From positions 53,279-117,278 of the forward strand of contig CAVTZU010000010.1 in the NCBI GenBank assembly GCA_963739305.1: a stretch of 64,000 nt of DNA. Reading direction: 5' to 3'. A program made the position numbers and the translations under genes. This stretch comes from Candidatus Bathyarchaeota archaeon (GTDB lineage: Archaea > Thermoproteota > Bathyarchaeia > Bathyarchaeales > Bathycorpusculaceae). The notes beneath the pieces were generated by a model. It saw only the letters and a list, made by a program, of their open reading frames with translations. It was not told the DNA's origin and made no database searches. Shown here in pieces: positions 19,385 through 30,545 of this stretch (positions within the stretch are counted from its first letter, which is position 1; each line of letters opens with the position of its first letter).

Positions 19385-20701
19385 ATGTCCAATTCAGTTT
19401 TGATCGTCGGGGGAGGCATCGCAGGGATACAAGCTTCGCTCGACCTGGCCAACCGAGGAACCAAGGTCTACTTGGTCGAGAAAACGCCGAGCATAGGCGG
19501 ACGAATGGCCCAACTTGACAAGACCTTCCCAACCCTCGACTGCTCAATCTGCATCTTGGCTCCAAAGATGATTGAATGCTTCCGGCACCCAAACATCAAC
19601 CTCCTCACCTACTCAGAAGTCGGGCAGGTGAAAGGCGAAGCAGGCGATTTCACGGTCAAACTCCTGAAGAAACCACGTTATGTGGAGACTTCAAAGTGCA
19701 CGGGTTGCGGGACTTGTATGGAGAAGTGTCCCGTAAAGATTCCTAACGAGTTTGACATGGGGTTGGGTAACAGAAAAGCGATCTATATGCCATTCAAGCA
19801 GGCGGTCCCTCTTGTCGCGACCATCGACAAAGAACATTGCCTGTACTTCCAGAAGGGAATCTGCAGAGTGTGTGAAAAAGTCTGTCCGTCAAAGGCAGTC
19901 AAATTCGACCAGATTCCTGAGGAAAGCACAGTGAACGTTTCTTCAATAATTCTTGCCACAGGTTTCGACGTCTTCAACCCGTCAGCGATGAGCGAATATG
20001 GCTACGGCCGATTCAAGAACGTTATCCAATCAATGGAGTTTGAAAGAATAATAAGCGCCTCAGGACCTACTGACGGTCATCTTGTCAGGCCCTCAGACGG
20101 AAAGGAACCAGAGAGCATCGTTTTCGTACAATGTGTTGGTTCAAGAAGCCAACGTGGAGAATTTCCTTTCTGTTCAAGCGTCTGTTGCGTGTATGCGACG
20201 AAGGAATCCATCCTGACAAAGGAGCATGCTCCAGAAACTGATGTCTACATAATGTACATAGATATGAGAGCGGTTGGAAAGGGGTTCCAAGAATTTGTTG
20301 ACCGAGCCAAGGAACAGCACGGAATCAAGTATATCAAGGCTCATCCGGGCGGAATAGCTGAAGACCCTATTACGAAAAATCTTCAGATCCACTATGAAGA
20401 AATAGTTACCGGCGAAATGAAAAAACTCGACGCCGGGATGGTTGTTCTCTGTCCTGCGTTGATTCCCAAGGAAGACAACAAGAAACTTGCTGAAGCAATA
20501 GGTCTGGAACTTGACAAATACGGGTTTTTTAAGTCCAGAAACAGCCTCACAGCGCCCGTAGACACAAACGTGCCTGGAATTTACGTCTGCGGTTACTGTC
20601 AGGGTCCGAAGGACATACCTGAAAGCGTCGCTCAGGCAAGCGGAGCAGCGGCCAGAGCTGCGGAAACGTTGATGTGTTTCACGAAGGAGGCAAAACCATG
20701 A
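19385..20701 (+). CDS. hdrA: Heterodisulfide reductase subunit A, N-terminal module (split form)
   Basis: GGGIAG FAD motif, LDKTFPTLDCSIC, two ferredoxin clusters, [16 protein letters not shown]. Confidence 0.88.
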   Translation: MSNSVLIVGGGIAGIQASLDLANRGTKVYLVEKTPSIGGRMAQLDKTFPTLDCSICILAPKMIECFRHPNINLLTYSEVGQVKGEAGDFTVKLLKKPRYVETSKCTGCGTCMEKCPVKIPNEFDMGLGNRKAIYMPFKQAVPLVATIDKEHCLYFQKGICRVCEKVCPSKAVKFDQIPEESTVNVSSIILATGFDVFNPSAMSEYGYGRFKNVIQSMEFERIISASGPTDGHLVRPSDGKEPESIVFVQCVGSRSQRGEFPFCSSVCCVYATKESILTKEHAPETDVYIMYIDMRAVGKGFQEFVDRAKEQHGIKYIKAHPGGIAEDPITKNLQIHYEEIVTGEMKKLDAGMVVLCPALIPKEDNKKLAEAIGLELDKYGFFKSRNSLTAPVDTNVPGIYVCGYCQGPKDIPESVAQASGAAARAAETLMCFTKEAKP

Positions 20702-22398
20702 ACGAGAAGGAAAAACCACGAATCGGAGTCTTTGTTTGCCACTGCGGCGTCAACATAGGTGCCGTGGTCAACGTCCCGGAAGTTGTAGAATACGCAAAGA
20801 CATTGCCCAACGTCGTACACGCCGAAGGAAACCTTTACACATGCTCATCTGAAGGGCTGAGCAAGATAAAAGAGGCAATCAACAAACACAAATTGACGCG
20901 GGCAGTAGTGGCTTCCTGCACGCCTCGAACTCATGAGCCATTGTTCAGAAACGCATGTGAAGAAGCGGGACTGAACAAGTATTTGTTCCACATGGCCAAC
21001 ATCCGCGAACATTGCAGCTGGGTTCATCCGAAAGAACCGGCGAAAGCAACCGAAAAGGCCAAGGAAATGATCAAAATGGCCGTGGCCAAAGCCACGTTGC
21101 TGGAGCCGCAGGAAGAACCAGAAATCGAGGTTCAACCCACAGCTCTCGTGATAGGCGGCGGCGTTTCCGGGATGACGGCGGCAGTCAGCCTTGCGAACCA
21201 GAAATTCAAAGTACATTTAGTCGAGAAACAAAAAGAGCTCGGCGGAAAACTCAATGAACTGTTCCGGCTATATCCGAATGACTGTTACACCTCAGAAATA
21301 TTGGAAGAGCTCGTGCAAGCAGTCCGCTCGAACCCCAACGTTACTGTTCACAACTCATCAACTGTAAAGCAAACCGACGGCTTCATCGGAAATTTCAAAG
21401 TCAAGGTGGATCACAAGGGCAAAGAAGAGCTTCTCGATGTCGGAACCATAATTGTGGCCACCGGAGCCGAGGTTCTCAAGCCGGCTGGAATGTACAGCTA
21501 CGGGGAAAACAAGAACGTTGTCACTCAGCTTGAACTTGAACAACTCATGAAAGAAAAGAGACTTGGAAAACCCAAGAACGTCATCATGATTCAGTGTGTG
21601 GGTGCGAGAGAAAACAAGGAGGGAGGCAGAAACTATTGCTCAAGAATTTGCTGTGCCGTTGCCGTCAAAAACGCTCTGTATATTAAAGAATTGTCTCCAG
21701 AAACCGAAGTTTCCATAGTCTACAGAGACATGCAGACCTACGGCAGAGAATTCGAAGAGCAATATGAAAAGGCAAGAGAGAACTATGTTCAATTCATAAG
21801 ATACGACGCTGAAAACCCTCCGGAAGTTGTCGCGTCCCCAGACGGCAGACTAGCAGTCAAGGTTCATGATGTCCTTCTCAACACTTCATTAGAGCTTGAC
21901 GCTGATCTCCTAGTTCTGTCAACCCCCCTCGTTCAACCCGGTGAAGCGAAAGAACTCTCCAAGATCCTGAAAGTCCCGCTTGGCGCCGACGGCTTCTTCT
22001 TCGAAGCACACGTTAAGCTTAGACCAGTAGACTTCGCCACTGACGGAATATTCGTCTGCGGAACGGCTCACAGCCCAAAGACCATCGCCGAAAGCATTGC
22101 CCAAGCCTACGCAGCCGCCTCAAGAGCGGGTATCCCGATGGCTCTAAAACGCGTTAGAACTGAAGCGATAACAGCGTTCGTCAAAGAAGAGACGTGCACA
22201 GGATGTGGCACGTGTGTCAAAATCTGTCCGTACAGCGCAATACAAAAGGACGAGAATGGAGTGGCAAGAGTGAATGATGTCCTTTGCAAAGGATGTGGAG
22301 TCTGCGCCGCGAGCTGTCCCGAAGAAGCGATCGACATGAGACACTTCAGCAACAAGCAGGTACTGGCCGAGGCAACCGCCTCGTTAGGAAGCGAGTAG
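20698..22398 (+). CDS. hdrA: Heterodisulfide reductase subunit A, C-terminal module (split form)
   Basis: [39 protein letters not shown] and a C-terminal 2x[4Fe-4S]; ATGA overlap with the previous gene and an AAGGAGG SD. Confidence 0.88.
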   Translation: MNEKEKPRIGVFVCHCGVNIGAVVNVPEVVEYAKTLPNVVHAEGNLYTCSSEGLSKIKEAINKHKLTRAVVASCTPRTHEPLFRNACEEAGLNKYLFHMANIREHCSWVHPKEPAKATEKAKEMIKMAVAKATLLEPQEEPEIEVQPTALVIGGGVSGMTAAVSLANQKFKVHLVEKQKELGGKLNELFRLYPNDCYTSEILEELVQAVRSNPNVTVHNSSTVKQTDGFIGNFKVKVDHKGKEELLDVGTIIVATGAEVLKPAGMYSYGENKNVVTQLELEQLMKEKRLGKPKNVIMIQCVGARENKEGGRNYCSRICCAVAVKNALYIKELSPETEVSIVYRDMQTYGREFEEQYEKARENYVQFIRYDAENPPEVVASPDGRLAVKVHDVLLNTSLELDADLLVLSTPLVQPGEAKELSKILKVPLGADGFFFEAHVKLRPVDFATDGIFVCGTAHSPKTIAESIAQAYAAASRAGIPMALKRVRTEAITAFVKEETCTGCGTCVKICPYSAIQKDENGVARVNDVLCKGCGVCAASCPEEAIDMRHFSNKQVLAEATASLGSE

Positions 22399-22399
22399 A

Positions 22400-23186
22400 A
22401 TGATTGACAAAGACGGGTTTGAACCGAAGATAATCGGCTTTCTCTGCAACTGGTGCAGCTACGCAGGAGCAGACCTCGCGGGCGTGAGTCGAATACAGTA
22501 TCCAAGTAACATACGCATCGTTCGGGTGATGTGCAGCGGGAGAATTGACCCAACGATCCCCCTCGATGTTCTCAAGATGGGAGCGGATGGAGTGATTGTC
22601 CTAGGATGCCATCCTGGTGATTGTCACTATGTTGAAGGCAACCTTTACGAGGAAAGAAAGATCAAGATGCTGAAGAAGCTGATTGCCCTAACCGGGCTGG
22701 AGCCCGAGCGACTTGAACTGGAATGGGTGTCCGCATCTGAGGGACAGAGGTTTGCCAGAGTTAGTGACTGAATTCACGGACAAAATAAAGAAACTGGGTC
22801 CTTCACCGCTTTCTGGAAAGCAACCTGACCAAAGGATCCTGGATAATGTGCGGGCTGCAAAAGAGGCTGCTTCAGACTTCAAACTGAGGGTTCTGGTTGG
22901 AAGAGAAAGGGAACTTACCGAGAAGACTAACGTGTACACAGAGAAAATCCCGCAAGAAGAGTTTGATTCTCTTCTCGATGAGGTTGTGGAGGCAGAGTTC
23001 ATCCGTCACAAGATATACCTTCTGACAAGAAATGTGCCGCTCTCAGTCAAGGCTCTGGCAAAGGCAGTTGACAAGAAGCCTGCCGAAGTTCTCAGAGAGA
23101 TAGTTGCAATGCGCAGGGGGAACATGATAGGATTAGACCACGTTGAAGGGACCACTCCCTTCTACAAAGCCCTAGGGGTTGAATAA
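22400..23186 (+). CDS. mvhD: MvhD [2Fe-2S] protein with C-terminal extension, split by a +1 frameshift at about 22757
   Basis: [20 protein letters not shown] and GCHPGDCHY. Deleting one A in TTTGCCAGAGTTA joins ...GQRFA to ELVTEFTDKIKKLGPSP (ORF 22713-23186). Confidence 0.8.
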
Positions 23187-26100
23187 ATGTCTGAAGAAAA
23201 AGATGGAAAGAAAATCGGTGCTGTTCTAGTAGTTGGCGGCGGTGTTGCAGGGATACAGGCATCACTCGATCTGGCAGATTCTGGCTTCAAGGTGTATCTG
23301 ATCGACCAAGGCCCCAGCATAGGCGGAGTGATGGCTCAACTTGACAAGACATTTCCAACAAACGACTGTTCAATGTGTATCCTCTCACCCAAGCTTGTGG
23401 CAACCGGAAGACATCCGAACATTACGATATTGACGAATGCCGAAGTAACCGGTTTGAAAGGGAAAGCAGGAAACTTCGAAGTGAAACTTCGAAAGAAGAG
23501 CCGTTACGTAATCGAAGACAAGTGTAACGGTTGCGGTGTTTGCGCACAAAAATGTCCCATCGAAGCCGTTGACATGTACAACGAAGGATTAGGCAAGAGA
23601 AATGCAATCTACGTCGAATACCCTCAGGCGGTTCCGCTGAAGTATATGATCGACCGCGAAAAATGCATCGGATGTGGAACGTGCTACGAAATCTGCAAGG
23701 CAAACGCAATTCAATACGACCAAGAGGACAGTGAAGCAACGCTGAAGGTGGGATCGATAATTCTTGCTCCAGGGTTCGAACCCTTCGACGCGAGACTCAA
23801 GAGTGAGTACGGATACGGGCGTTTCGCTAACGTGGTGACAAGCATCGAGTTTGAACGTATATTGAGCGCTTCTGGACCGTATGGAGGACTTGTGTTAAGA
23901 CCTTCCAACGGGGAGATCCCGAAGAAAATAGCGTTCATTCAGTGTGTTGGATCCAGAGATTTCCAGATTGGAAATAACTACTGTTCAGCTGCCTGCTGCA
24001 TGTACGGGATGAAGGAGGCGGTCATAGCTAAGGAACATACCCCCTCAAAGCTGGAAGCAACGATCTTCTACATGGACATGCGTTCCTACGGGAAGGAGTT
24101 CGACTCCTACAGGATTCGCGCGGAAGACGAGTACGGGATACGCTTTGTCAGGTCAAGAGTTGCAGGCGTGACTGAAGATCCTAGAACGGGGAATCTTCAT
24201 GTCCACTATGTTGAAAATGAAAACCCCAAGACCGAAGAATTTGACATGGTTGTTCTGGCTACTGGAATGCAGCCGCCGAAAGACGCCAGAAAATTGGCTG
24301 AAAACCTGGGGATTAAGCTTGACAAGTACAATTTCTGTGAAACAGAAGTATTCTCTCCGATGGAAACGTCAAAGCCAGGTATATTCACCTGCGGCGCGTT
24401 CAGTGCTCCAAAAGACATCCCAGAAAGCGTTGCGCAGGCGAGCGGGGCAGCTGCAAAAGCGATGAGTGTAATTGCGGCCGAAAGAGGAACGCTTGCCGTA
24501 ACAAGGAAGTATCCGCCTCAGAGGGATGTCAGCAAAGAGGAACCACGCGTCGGTGTTTTCGTCTGTCATTGCGGTATCAACATTGGCGGCGTCGTGAACG
24601 TTCCGGCGGTAGTGGAATACGCGAAAACTTTGCCAAACGTCGCTTACGCTGAGGCTAACCTTTACACGTGTTCTCAAGATACTCAGAAACTCATTGCGGA
24701 GAAGATCAAGGAGAACAAGCTTAACCGCGTTATTGTGGCGTCATGCACTCCCAGAACTCATGAACCGTTATTTAGAGAGACCGTGCAGGAGGCTGGACTG
24801 AATCAGTATCTGTTTGAGATGACGAACATCCGTGATCAGTGCAGCTGGGTTCACATGCATGAGCCTGAAGAAGCAACCAAGAAAGCCAAAGATTTGGTGC
24901 GATCGGTCGTCGCGAAAGCCAGACTCATGAAACCTTTGGAAAAGCCCCTCATAAACATCACACCTGTTGCCTTGGTCATCGGAGGAGGCATTTCTGGAAT
25001 GACAGCAGCCCTGGAGCTGTCAAAACAAGGCTTTCAGGTGCATCTTGTCGAAAAAGAGAAGGAACTAGGTGGACACATGCGAACTGTCCAATACCTGCTG
25101 GAGGGAAAAGAGGATCCAAAAAAGAAACTGAATGCACTTGTCAAAGCTGTTGTGGAAAGCGACAAGATCTGCGTGCACACCTGTGCGGAAGTGATTGATG
25201 TTTACGGTTTCGTCGGCAACTTCAAGTCCAAGATAAAGCATCAGGACAGCAAGATCCAAGAAGTCGAACATGGAATCGTCATCGTTGCGACAGGCGCAGT
25301 CGAATACAAACCTGTCGAGTACCTCTATGGCAAAGACCCAAGAATCATGACGCAGCACGAACTTGAACAAGAGATCGCCAACGGCAAATTCAAGGCTAAG
25401 AACGTCGTCATGATCCAGTGCGTCGGTGCCCGAAACGATGAGAGACCCAACTGCTCAAGGATTTGCTGCGGACAAGCCGTGAAGAACGCACTGAAGATTA
25501 AGGAAACAAGCCCTGCCACCGAAGTGTACGTTTTGTACAAGGATTTGAGAGCGTACGGTTTCAAAGAAGACTGCTACCGCGACGCTGCAATGAAAGGGGT
25601 TCTCTTCGTCAACTATGACGATGAAAGAAAACCGCAAGTCTGCAACGAGGACGGCAAACTGAAAGTCACGTTCTGGGAACCAGTTATCAAGGAAGAGGTT
25701 GACGTAGAGCCAGACCTCGTGGTTCTGAGTGCAGCCACGATTCCCAATCCTGGAAACAAACGCTTGGCAGAAATGCTGAAGGTGCCACTCACAAAAGACG
25801 GTTCCTTCCTCGAAGCACACATGAAACTCAGACCAGTCGACTTCGCCACAGAAGGCGTGTTCCTCTGCGGAATGGCACATTCTCCAAAGTACCTTGATGA
25901 AAGCATTGCCCAAGCCTGTGCCGCCGCCGCGAGAGCGACCACCATACTTTCTAGGGACAAGCTTGAGATGGAAGGAATTGTCGCGAACGTGAACGAAGAC
26001 TTATGTAGTGGTTGTAGGGTCTGTGAGTACCTGTGTCCTTACGGTGCAGTTGAAATGAAGGACAAGGAAGGAAAACCCATCGCACACATGATTGAAGCTC

Positions 26101-26222
26101 TGTGCAAGGGTTGCGGTGCGTGCGGCACGGCGTGTCCAACCAAGGCCATTACGATGGGGCACTTCACGACTGAAGAGATACTTGCTCAAGTCAGAGCTAC
26201 GTTGGTGGAGGCAAAAGCATGA
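23187..26222 (+). CDS. hdrA: Large two-module heterodisulfide reductase subunit A (1011 aa)
   Basis: Both HdrA modules fused: two FAD motifs, [16 protein letters not shown] and several ferredoxin motifs. Confidence 0.92.
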   Translation: MSEEKDGKKIGAVLVVGGGVAGIQASLDLADSGFKVYLIDQGPSIGGVMAQLDKTFPTNDCSMCILSPKLVATGRHPNITILTNAEVTGLKGKAGNFEVKLRKKSRYVIEDKCNGCGVCAQKCPIEAVDMYNEGLGKRNAIYVEYPQAVPLKYMIDREKCIGCGTCYEICKANAIQYDQEDSEATLKVGSIILAPGFEPFDARLKSEYGYGRFANVVTSIEFERILSASGPYGGLVLRPSNGEIPKKIAFIQCVGSRDFQIGNNYCSAACCMYGMKEAVIAKEHTPSKLEATIFYMDMRSYGKEFDSYRIRAEDEYGIRFVRSRVAGVTEDPRTGNLHVHYVENENPKTEEFDMVVLATGMQPPKDARKLAENLGIKLDKYNFCETEVFSPMETSKPGIFTCGAFSAPKDIPESVAQASGAAAKAMSVIAAERGTLAVTRKYPPQRDVSKEEPRVGVFVCHCGINIGGVVNVPAVVEYAKTLPNVAYAEANLYTCSQDTQKLIAEKIKENKLNRVIVASCTPRTHEPLFRETVQEAGLNQYLFEMTNIRDQCSWVHMHEPEEATKKAKDLVRSVVAKARLMKPLEKPLINITPVALVIGGGISGMTAALELSKQGFQVHLVEKEKELGGHMRTVQYLLEGKEDPKKKLNALVKAVVESDKICVHTCAEVIDVYGFVGNFKSKIKHQDSKIQEVEHGIVIVATGAVEYKPVEYLYGKDPRIMTQHELEQEIANGKFKAKNVVMIQCVGARNDERPNCSRICCGQAVKNALKIKETSPATEVYVLYKDLRAYGFKEDCYRDAAMKGVLFVNYDDERKPQVCNEDGKLKVTFWEPVIKEEVDVEPDLVVLSAATIPNPGNKRLAEMLKVPLTKDGSFLEAHMKLRPVDFATEGVFLCGMAHSPKYLDESIAQACAAAARATTILSRDKLEMEGIVANVNEDLCSGCRVCEYLCPYGAVEMKDKEGKPIAHMIEALCKGCGACGTACPTKAITMGHFTTEEILAQVRATLVEAKA

Positions 26223-26659
26223 AGGACAAAGACGGGTTTGAACCGAAGATAATCGGCTTTCTCTGCAACTGGTGCAGCTACGCAGGAGCAGACCTCGCGG
26301 GCGTGAGCCGGATACAGTATCCTCCAAACATCAGAATTATACGTGTGATGTGCAGCGGGAGGATTGACCCTGTTTTTGTTCTCGAGGCTTTCAAGGATGG
26401 TGCAGACGGCGTGCTCATTGCAGGCTGTCATTTACCATCAGACTGCCATTACATAAGTGGAAATTTCAAGGCATTGCGGCGAATCACGCTTCTGAAGAAA
26501 GCGTTAAAGGAATTTGGAATCGAACCAGAGCGTCTGCGACTGGAATGGATCTCAGCCAGCGAAGGAGACAAGTTTGCTGCTGTGGTTCGTGACATGGTGG
26601 GAGAAATAAAGAGTCTAGGACCTAACCCGGTTAAAGCCATGGAGGCTCAAGCACAATGA
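26219..26659 (+). CDS. mvhD: F420-non-reducing hydrogenase iron-sulfur subunit D
   Basis: [29 protein letters not shown] and WISASEG. Confidence 0.93.
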   Translation: MKDKDGFEPKIIGFLCNWCSYAGADLAGVSRIQYPPNIRIIRVMCSGRIDPVFVLEAFKDGADGVLIAGCHLPSDCHYISGNFKALRRITLLKKALKEFGIEPERLRLEWISASEGDKFAAVVRDMVGEIKSLGPNPVKAMEAQAQ

Positions 26660-27174
26660 CTGAAAAGAAGTCGGTGAAAGCATCGGAAATCAAATCTGAT
26701 TTCAAGTATGAGATTTCGAAAATGCATGGCGGAGAAAAACTGATGCGATGTTTCCAGTGCGGAACATGCACGTCAGACTGTCCAATCGCTAGGTTCAGCG
26801 ACACCTACAGGCCCAGACAGATAATTCGAATGGCACAGCTTGGACTCAAGGATCGTGTGCTGAACAGTGACACTTTGTGGCTGTGTGCAGCATGCTTCAC
26901 GTGTACGGACAGGTGCCCACAGGACGTTGAGGTTGCAAGCGTCATACGCGTTTTGCGAAACCTCGCTGCGGAACAAGGACACATACCCCAAGTGTTCAAA
27001 GAAGAGTGCGCAAGCATACTTGAATCGGGCTACGCCTACAGGATTCCTGAGCTGAGGTTGAAGAAAAGAGACAGTCTGGGGCTGCCGCCTTTGCCGAAGG
27101 GCAATCCGGACAGTTTAGGCAAGAGTCTGCACGGCGTGAAGTTTCTAAAGCACGTTGAAAAAAAGGGTGACTGA
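26656..27174 (+). CDS. hdrC: Heterodisulfide reductase subunit C
   Basis: [12 protein letters not shown] and [15 protein letters not shown]. Confidence 0.92.
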   Translation: MTEKKSVKASEIKSDFKYEISKMHGGEKLMRCFQCGTCTSDCPIARFSDTYRPRQIIRMAQLGLKDRVLNSDTLWLCAACFTCTDRCPQDVEVASVIRVLRNLAAEQGHIPQVFKEECASILESGYAYRIPELRLKKRDSLGLPPLPKGNPDSLGKSLHGVKFLKHVEKKGD

Positions 27175-27176
27175 GA

Positions 27177-28073
27177 ATGGCTCAAAAGAAGTTCCTTATG
27201 TTTCTGGGATGCGCGATTCCTTACCGTGTGTCTGCGTTCGAAGTCTCGGCACGGAAGATACTTGGAAAGCTCGGCGTCGAGCTGGTCGAAATGCCCGAGT
27301 TCAACTGCTGCGGTCTTCCATTAGACCCCGTCAGTCATGAGATGATGCTTATTTTAGCAGCGCGGAATCTTGCCTTAGCAGAAGAGAAAGGTTTGGACAT
27401 CATCACCTTGTGTCCTGGATGCGCTGGGACACTGAAGAAAGTCAACAAGATGTTGAAGGAAGACAAGGCACTGCGCGACGAGATAAACTGTCACTTGAAG
27501 GAGGCGGGGTTATGCTTCAAGGGAACCGTTGACGCGAAGCATTTCATGCAGGTGCTGATGGAAGACGTTGGACTGGACAAGATAAAGCAGTCAGTTGTGA
27601 AACCACTCACGATGATCAAAGTCGCCGAGCACAACGGCTGCCACATTTTGAGACCTAGGGAATTCATCGGTTTTGATGATCCAGAGGACCCGAAGATGCT
27701 CAAGACTCTGGTTGAGGCGACGGGCGCAACTTGCTTAGATTACATGGATGAGACTGAATGCTGCGGTGCCCCAAGTGTCGGTGTCAACGACAAAGTTGCT
27801 CTGCAGCTCGCTAGAGATAAGCTCAACCACATCAAACAGGTCAATGCAGAGGCCCTAGTAACCATCTGCCCATTCTGCCACATCATGTATGACACCAATG
27901 AGCTTCGAATTGAGAAAATGTTCAGCGAAGCTTACGGCATTCCGGTACTGCATTATCCGCAGCTGTTAGGCTTGGCGATGGGCATTCCCTCAGGAGAGTT
28001 AGGGTTTAATGAACTTCGCGTTGACAGTTCAAAAATACTCAAACAAGTTTGTGAGGCAAAGGTAAATGCCTAA
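27177..28073 (+). CDS. hdrB: Heterodisulfide reductase subunit B
   Basis: Two CCG domains (FNCCG, ECCGA) with CPGC and CPFC. Confidence 0.92.
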   Translation: MAQKKFLMFLGCAIPYRVSAFEVSARKILGKLGVELVEMPEFNCCGLPLDPVSHEMMLILAARNLALAEEKGLDIITLCPGCAGTLKKVNKMLKEDKALRDEINCHLKEAGLCFKGTVDAKHFMQVLMEDVGLDKIKQSVVKPLTMIKVAEHNGCHILRPREFIGFDDPEDPKMLKTLVEATGATCLDYMDETECCGAPSVGVNDKVALQLARDKLNHIKQVNAEALVTICPFCHIMYDTNELRIEKMFSEAYGIPVLHYPQLLGLAMGIPSGELGFNELRVDSSKILKQVCEAKVNA

Positions 28074-29049
28074 AGAAAAACTGAAAATAGCCTTCTACTG
28101 GGCAGCAAGCTGCGGCGGATGCGAAATCGCCGTCCTGGACATAAACGAGAAGATCCTTGACGTCGTGAACATTGCCGACATAGTTTTCTGGCCAGTAGCT
28201 ATTGATGTAAAGTACAAAAACGTAGAAGCGATGCCTGACAAGTACATCGACATCACCTTCTTCAACGGCTCAGTCAGAAGTGAAGAGCAGGAGCACATGG
28301 CCAAACTGCTCAGAAAGAAATCCAAGACGCTCGTTGCCTTCGGTTCGTGCGCGCAGGAAGGATGTGTACCCGGATTGGCCAACCTTCACGACCGAAAAGA
28401 AATCTTTGAAAAGGTATACGTGAAAAGCAAATCAATCTCCAACCCAACAGGCACGGTTCCTCAAACATCAACAAAAACCAAAGAAGGAACCCTGAAGCTG
28501 CCAGAATTCTATGACACGGTGAAGACACTGGATCAAACGGTTGACGTAGACTACTATTTACCCGGATGTCCACCACCCGTGAAACTAATCTTGGACGCAG
28601 TTGACGCCATAGCCAAGAACCAGTTGCCACCAAAAGGCTCCGTGCTGGCACCTCTGAAGTCCGTCTGCGACGAGTGTCCTAGAAAAAAGGAAAACAAGAA
28701 AATAACCAAGATATACCGCGTTCACGAAAAAACGCCAGAACCTGAACGCTGCCTGCTTGAACAGGGAATCATATGCATGGGTCCAGCCACACGCAGCGGC
28801 TGCGGAGCCCAGTGCTTAACGGTCGACATGCCCTGCACGGGATGCGGCGGTCCATGCCCGAATTCTCCAGAGCAAGGTGCAGCGATGTTGAGTGCGTTGG
28901 CTTCAATACTCGGATTGGAGAACGAGCAAGACCACTACAGTGAGGAGGACGTTGAAAAACTCATGGACCAGATCGTGGATCCAGTTGGAACATTCTACAT
29001 GTACTCTTTACCGGCATCGATACTGAGAAGAAAGGTGATGAAAGAATGA
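28066..29049 (+). CDS. mvhG: [NiFe] hydrogenase small subunit (group 3c)
   Basis: SCGGC, GSCA..G, PGCPP, CDEC, CMGPATRSGC and PCTGC. Confidence 0.92.
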   Translation: MPKEKLKIAFYWAASCGGCEIAVLDINEKILDVVNIADIVFWPVAIDVKYKNVEAMPDKYIDITFFNGSVRSEEQEHMAKLLRKKSKTLVAFGSCAQEGCVPGLANLHDRKEIFEKVYVKSKSISNPTGTVPQTSTKTKEGTLKLPEFYDTVKTLDQTVDVDYYLPGCPPPVKLILDAVDAIAKNQLPPKGSVLAPLKSVCDECPRKKENKKITKIYRVHEKTPEPERCLLEQGIICMGPATRSGCGAQCLTVDMPCTGCGGPCPNSPEQGAAMLSALASILGLENEQDHYSEEDVEKLMDQIVDPVGTFYMYSLPASILRRKVMKE

Positions 29050-30500
29050 AAGAGGTCATTATAGACCCTGTCACGAGGCTTGAAGGACACGGGAACATCT
29101 CAATATTCCTAAACGACCAAGGAGAAGTGGAAAACGCCTACCTCAAGATACCTGAGCTGAGAGGATTTGAACAATTCTGCGTCGGCAGACGAGCCGAGCT
29201 GATGCCGATTCTGACCACAAGAATCTGCGGAGTCTGCCCAGTTGCTCACCACTTCGCTGCAACCAAGGCGTTGGACGCAGCCTTCAACGTTGACCCTCCA
29301 TTAACGGCGAAGAAACTGAGAGAACTCATGTACGCCGGATACATCATCTACGACCATACACTGCACTTTTACTTCCTGGGCGGTCCAGACTTCATCGTCG
29401 GTCCAGATGCTCCACCTGAGAAGAGGAATATTCTGGGCGTGATCGAAAAGGCAGGGATGGATGTAGCTAAGGAAGTCATTAAACACAGAGCTTACGGACA
29501 GAGGATTACTCAGATACTCGGAGGAAAAGCAACTCATCCTGTGTGTGGACTACCAGGCGGAGTTTCTAAAGCGCTCAACGAAGAGGGCAGACAAGAAATC
29601 GAGAACATGGCGGCATCATCACTTGAATTCGCGAAATTAACGCTGAAGATATTCCACGACATCGTTCTTGGCAACAGCAAGTACGTTGACATGATCAAGA
29701 GCGACGCGTACACGATGAAAACCTACTACATGGGCTTGGTCGACGAACACAACAAAGTCAATTTCTACGACGGCAAGATACGCGTGGTCGATCCCGAAGG
29801 CAAAGAGTTCCTGAAGTTCGAACCGAAAGATTACTTGACACACATAGGCGAACACGTCGAGCAATGGACCTATGCAAAGTTTCCATACCTCAAGAAAGTC
29901 GGATGGAAGGGTCTAACCGACGGTCCGGACAGCGGAGTCTACCGCGTGGGCCCCCTTGGAAGATTGAACGCTTCAAGTGGAATGGCGACACCGTTAGCTC
30001 AAGCTGAATATGAAGAAATGTACAAGACCCTAGGCGGAAAACCCGTGCACGGAACATTAGCGTTCCATTGGGCACGCTTGATCGAGTTATTGTACGCGAC
30101 TGAAAGAGCCCTAGAACTCGTAAAAGACCCGGAGATCACGGACACAAACGTGCGCGCAAAGCCCGGCGAACCAACTGAAGGCGTTGGCGTCGTTGAAGCA
30201 GCACGGGGCACGCTGTACCATCACTACACGCTCGACAAGGACGCGTTGATCACGGACGTCAACATGATCGTGGCCACGACCAACAATTACCCGGCAATAT
30301 GCATGTCGGTCCGCGACGCGGCCAGAGGCGTAATCCACAATGGCAAAGTCGACGAAGGAATGTTGAACAAGGTGGAAATGGCCTTCAGAGCTTACGACCC
30401 GTGCTTTGGGTGTGCAACGCACTTCGCAGTCGGCCAAATGCCCCTGAAAATCGAAATCTTCGACAACCAGAAGAACTTGATCCAGACCCTGAAGCGATAA
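29046..30500 (+). CDS. mvhA: [NiFe] hydrogenase large subunit (group 3c)
   Basis: DPVTRLEGH, L1 RICGVC and L2 YDPCFGCATH followed by a cleavable C-terminal tail. Confidence 0.93.
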   Translation: MKEVIIDPVTRLEGHGNISIFLNDQGEVENAYLKIPELRGFEQFCVGRRAELMPILTTRICGVCPVAHHFAATKALDAAFNVDPPLTAKKLRELMYAGYIIYDHTLHFYFLGGPDFIVGPDAPPEKRNILGVIEKAGMDVAKEVIKHRAYGQRITQILGGKATHPVCGLPGGVSKALNEEGRQEIENMAASSLEFAKLTLKIFHDIVLGNSKYVDMIKSDAYTMKTYYMGLVDEHNKVNFYDGKIRVVDPEGKEFLKFEPKDYLTHIGEHVEQWTYAKFPYLKKVGWKGLTDGPDSGVYRVGPLGRLNASSGMATPLAQAEYEEMYKTLGGKPVHGTLAFHWARLIELLYATERALELVKDPEITDTNVRAKPGEPTEGVGVVEAARGTLYHHYTLDKDALITDVNMIVATTNNYPAICMSVRDAARGVIHNGKVDEGMLNKVEMAFRAYDPCFGCATHFAVGQMPLKIEIFDNQKNLIQTLKR

Positions 30501-30545
30501 ATCTTCCCTCCTTTTCTCATTTGAGCTATTTCTCATGGCGATCGT

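Noticed and set aside
22740-22771. Programmed frameshift or selenocysteine readthrough at the mvhD TGA
   Set aside because: The TGA is out of frame after a 1-nt insertion, is not at a Cys position, and has no slippery heptamer. mvhA and hdrA use Cys.
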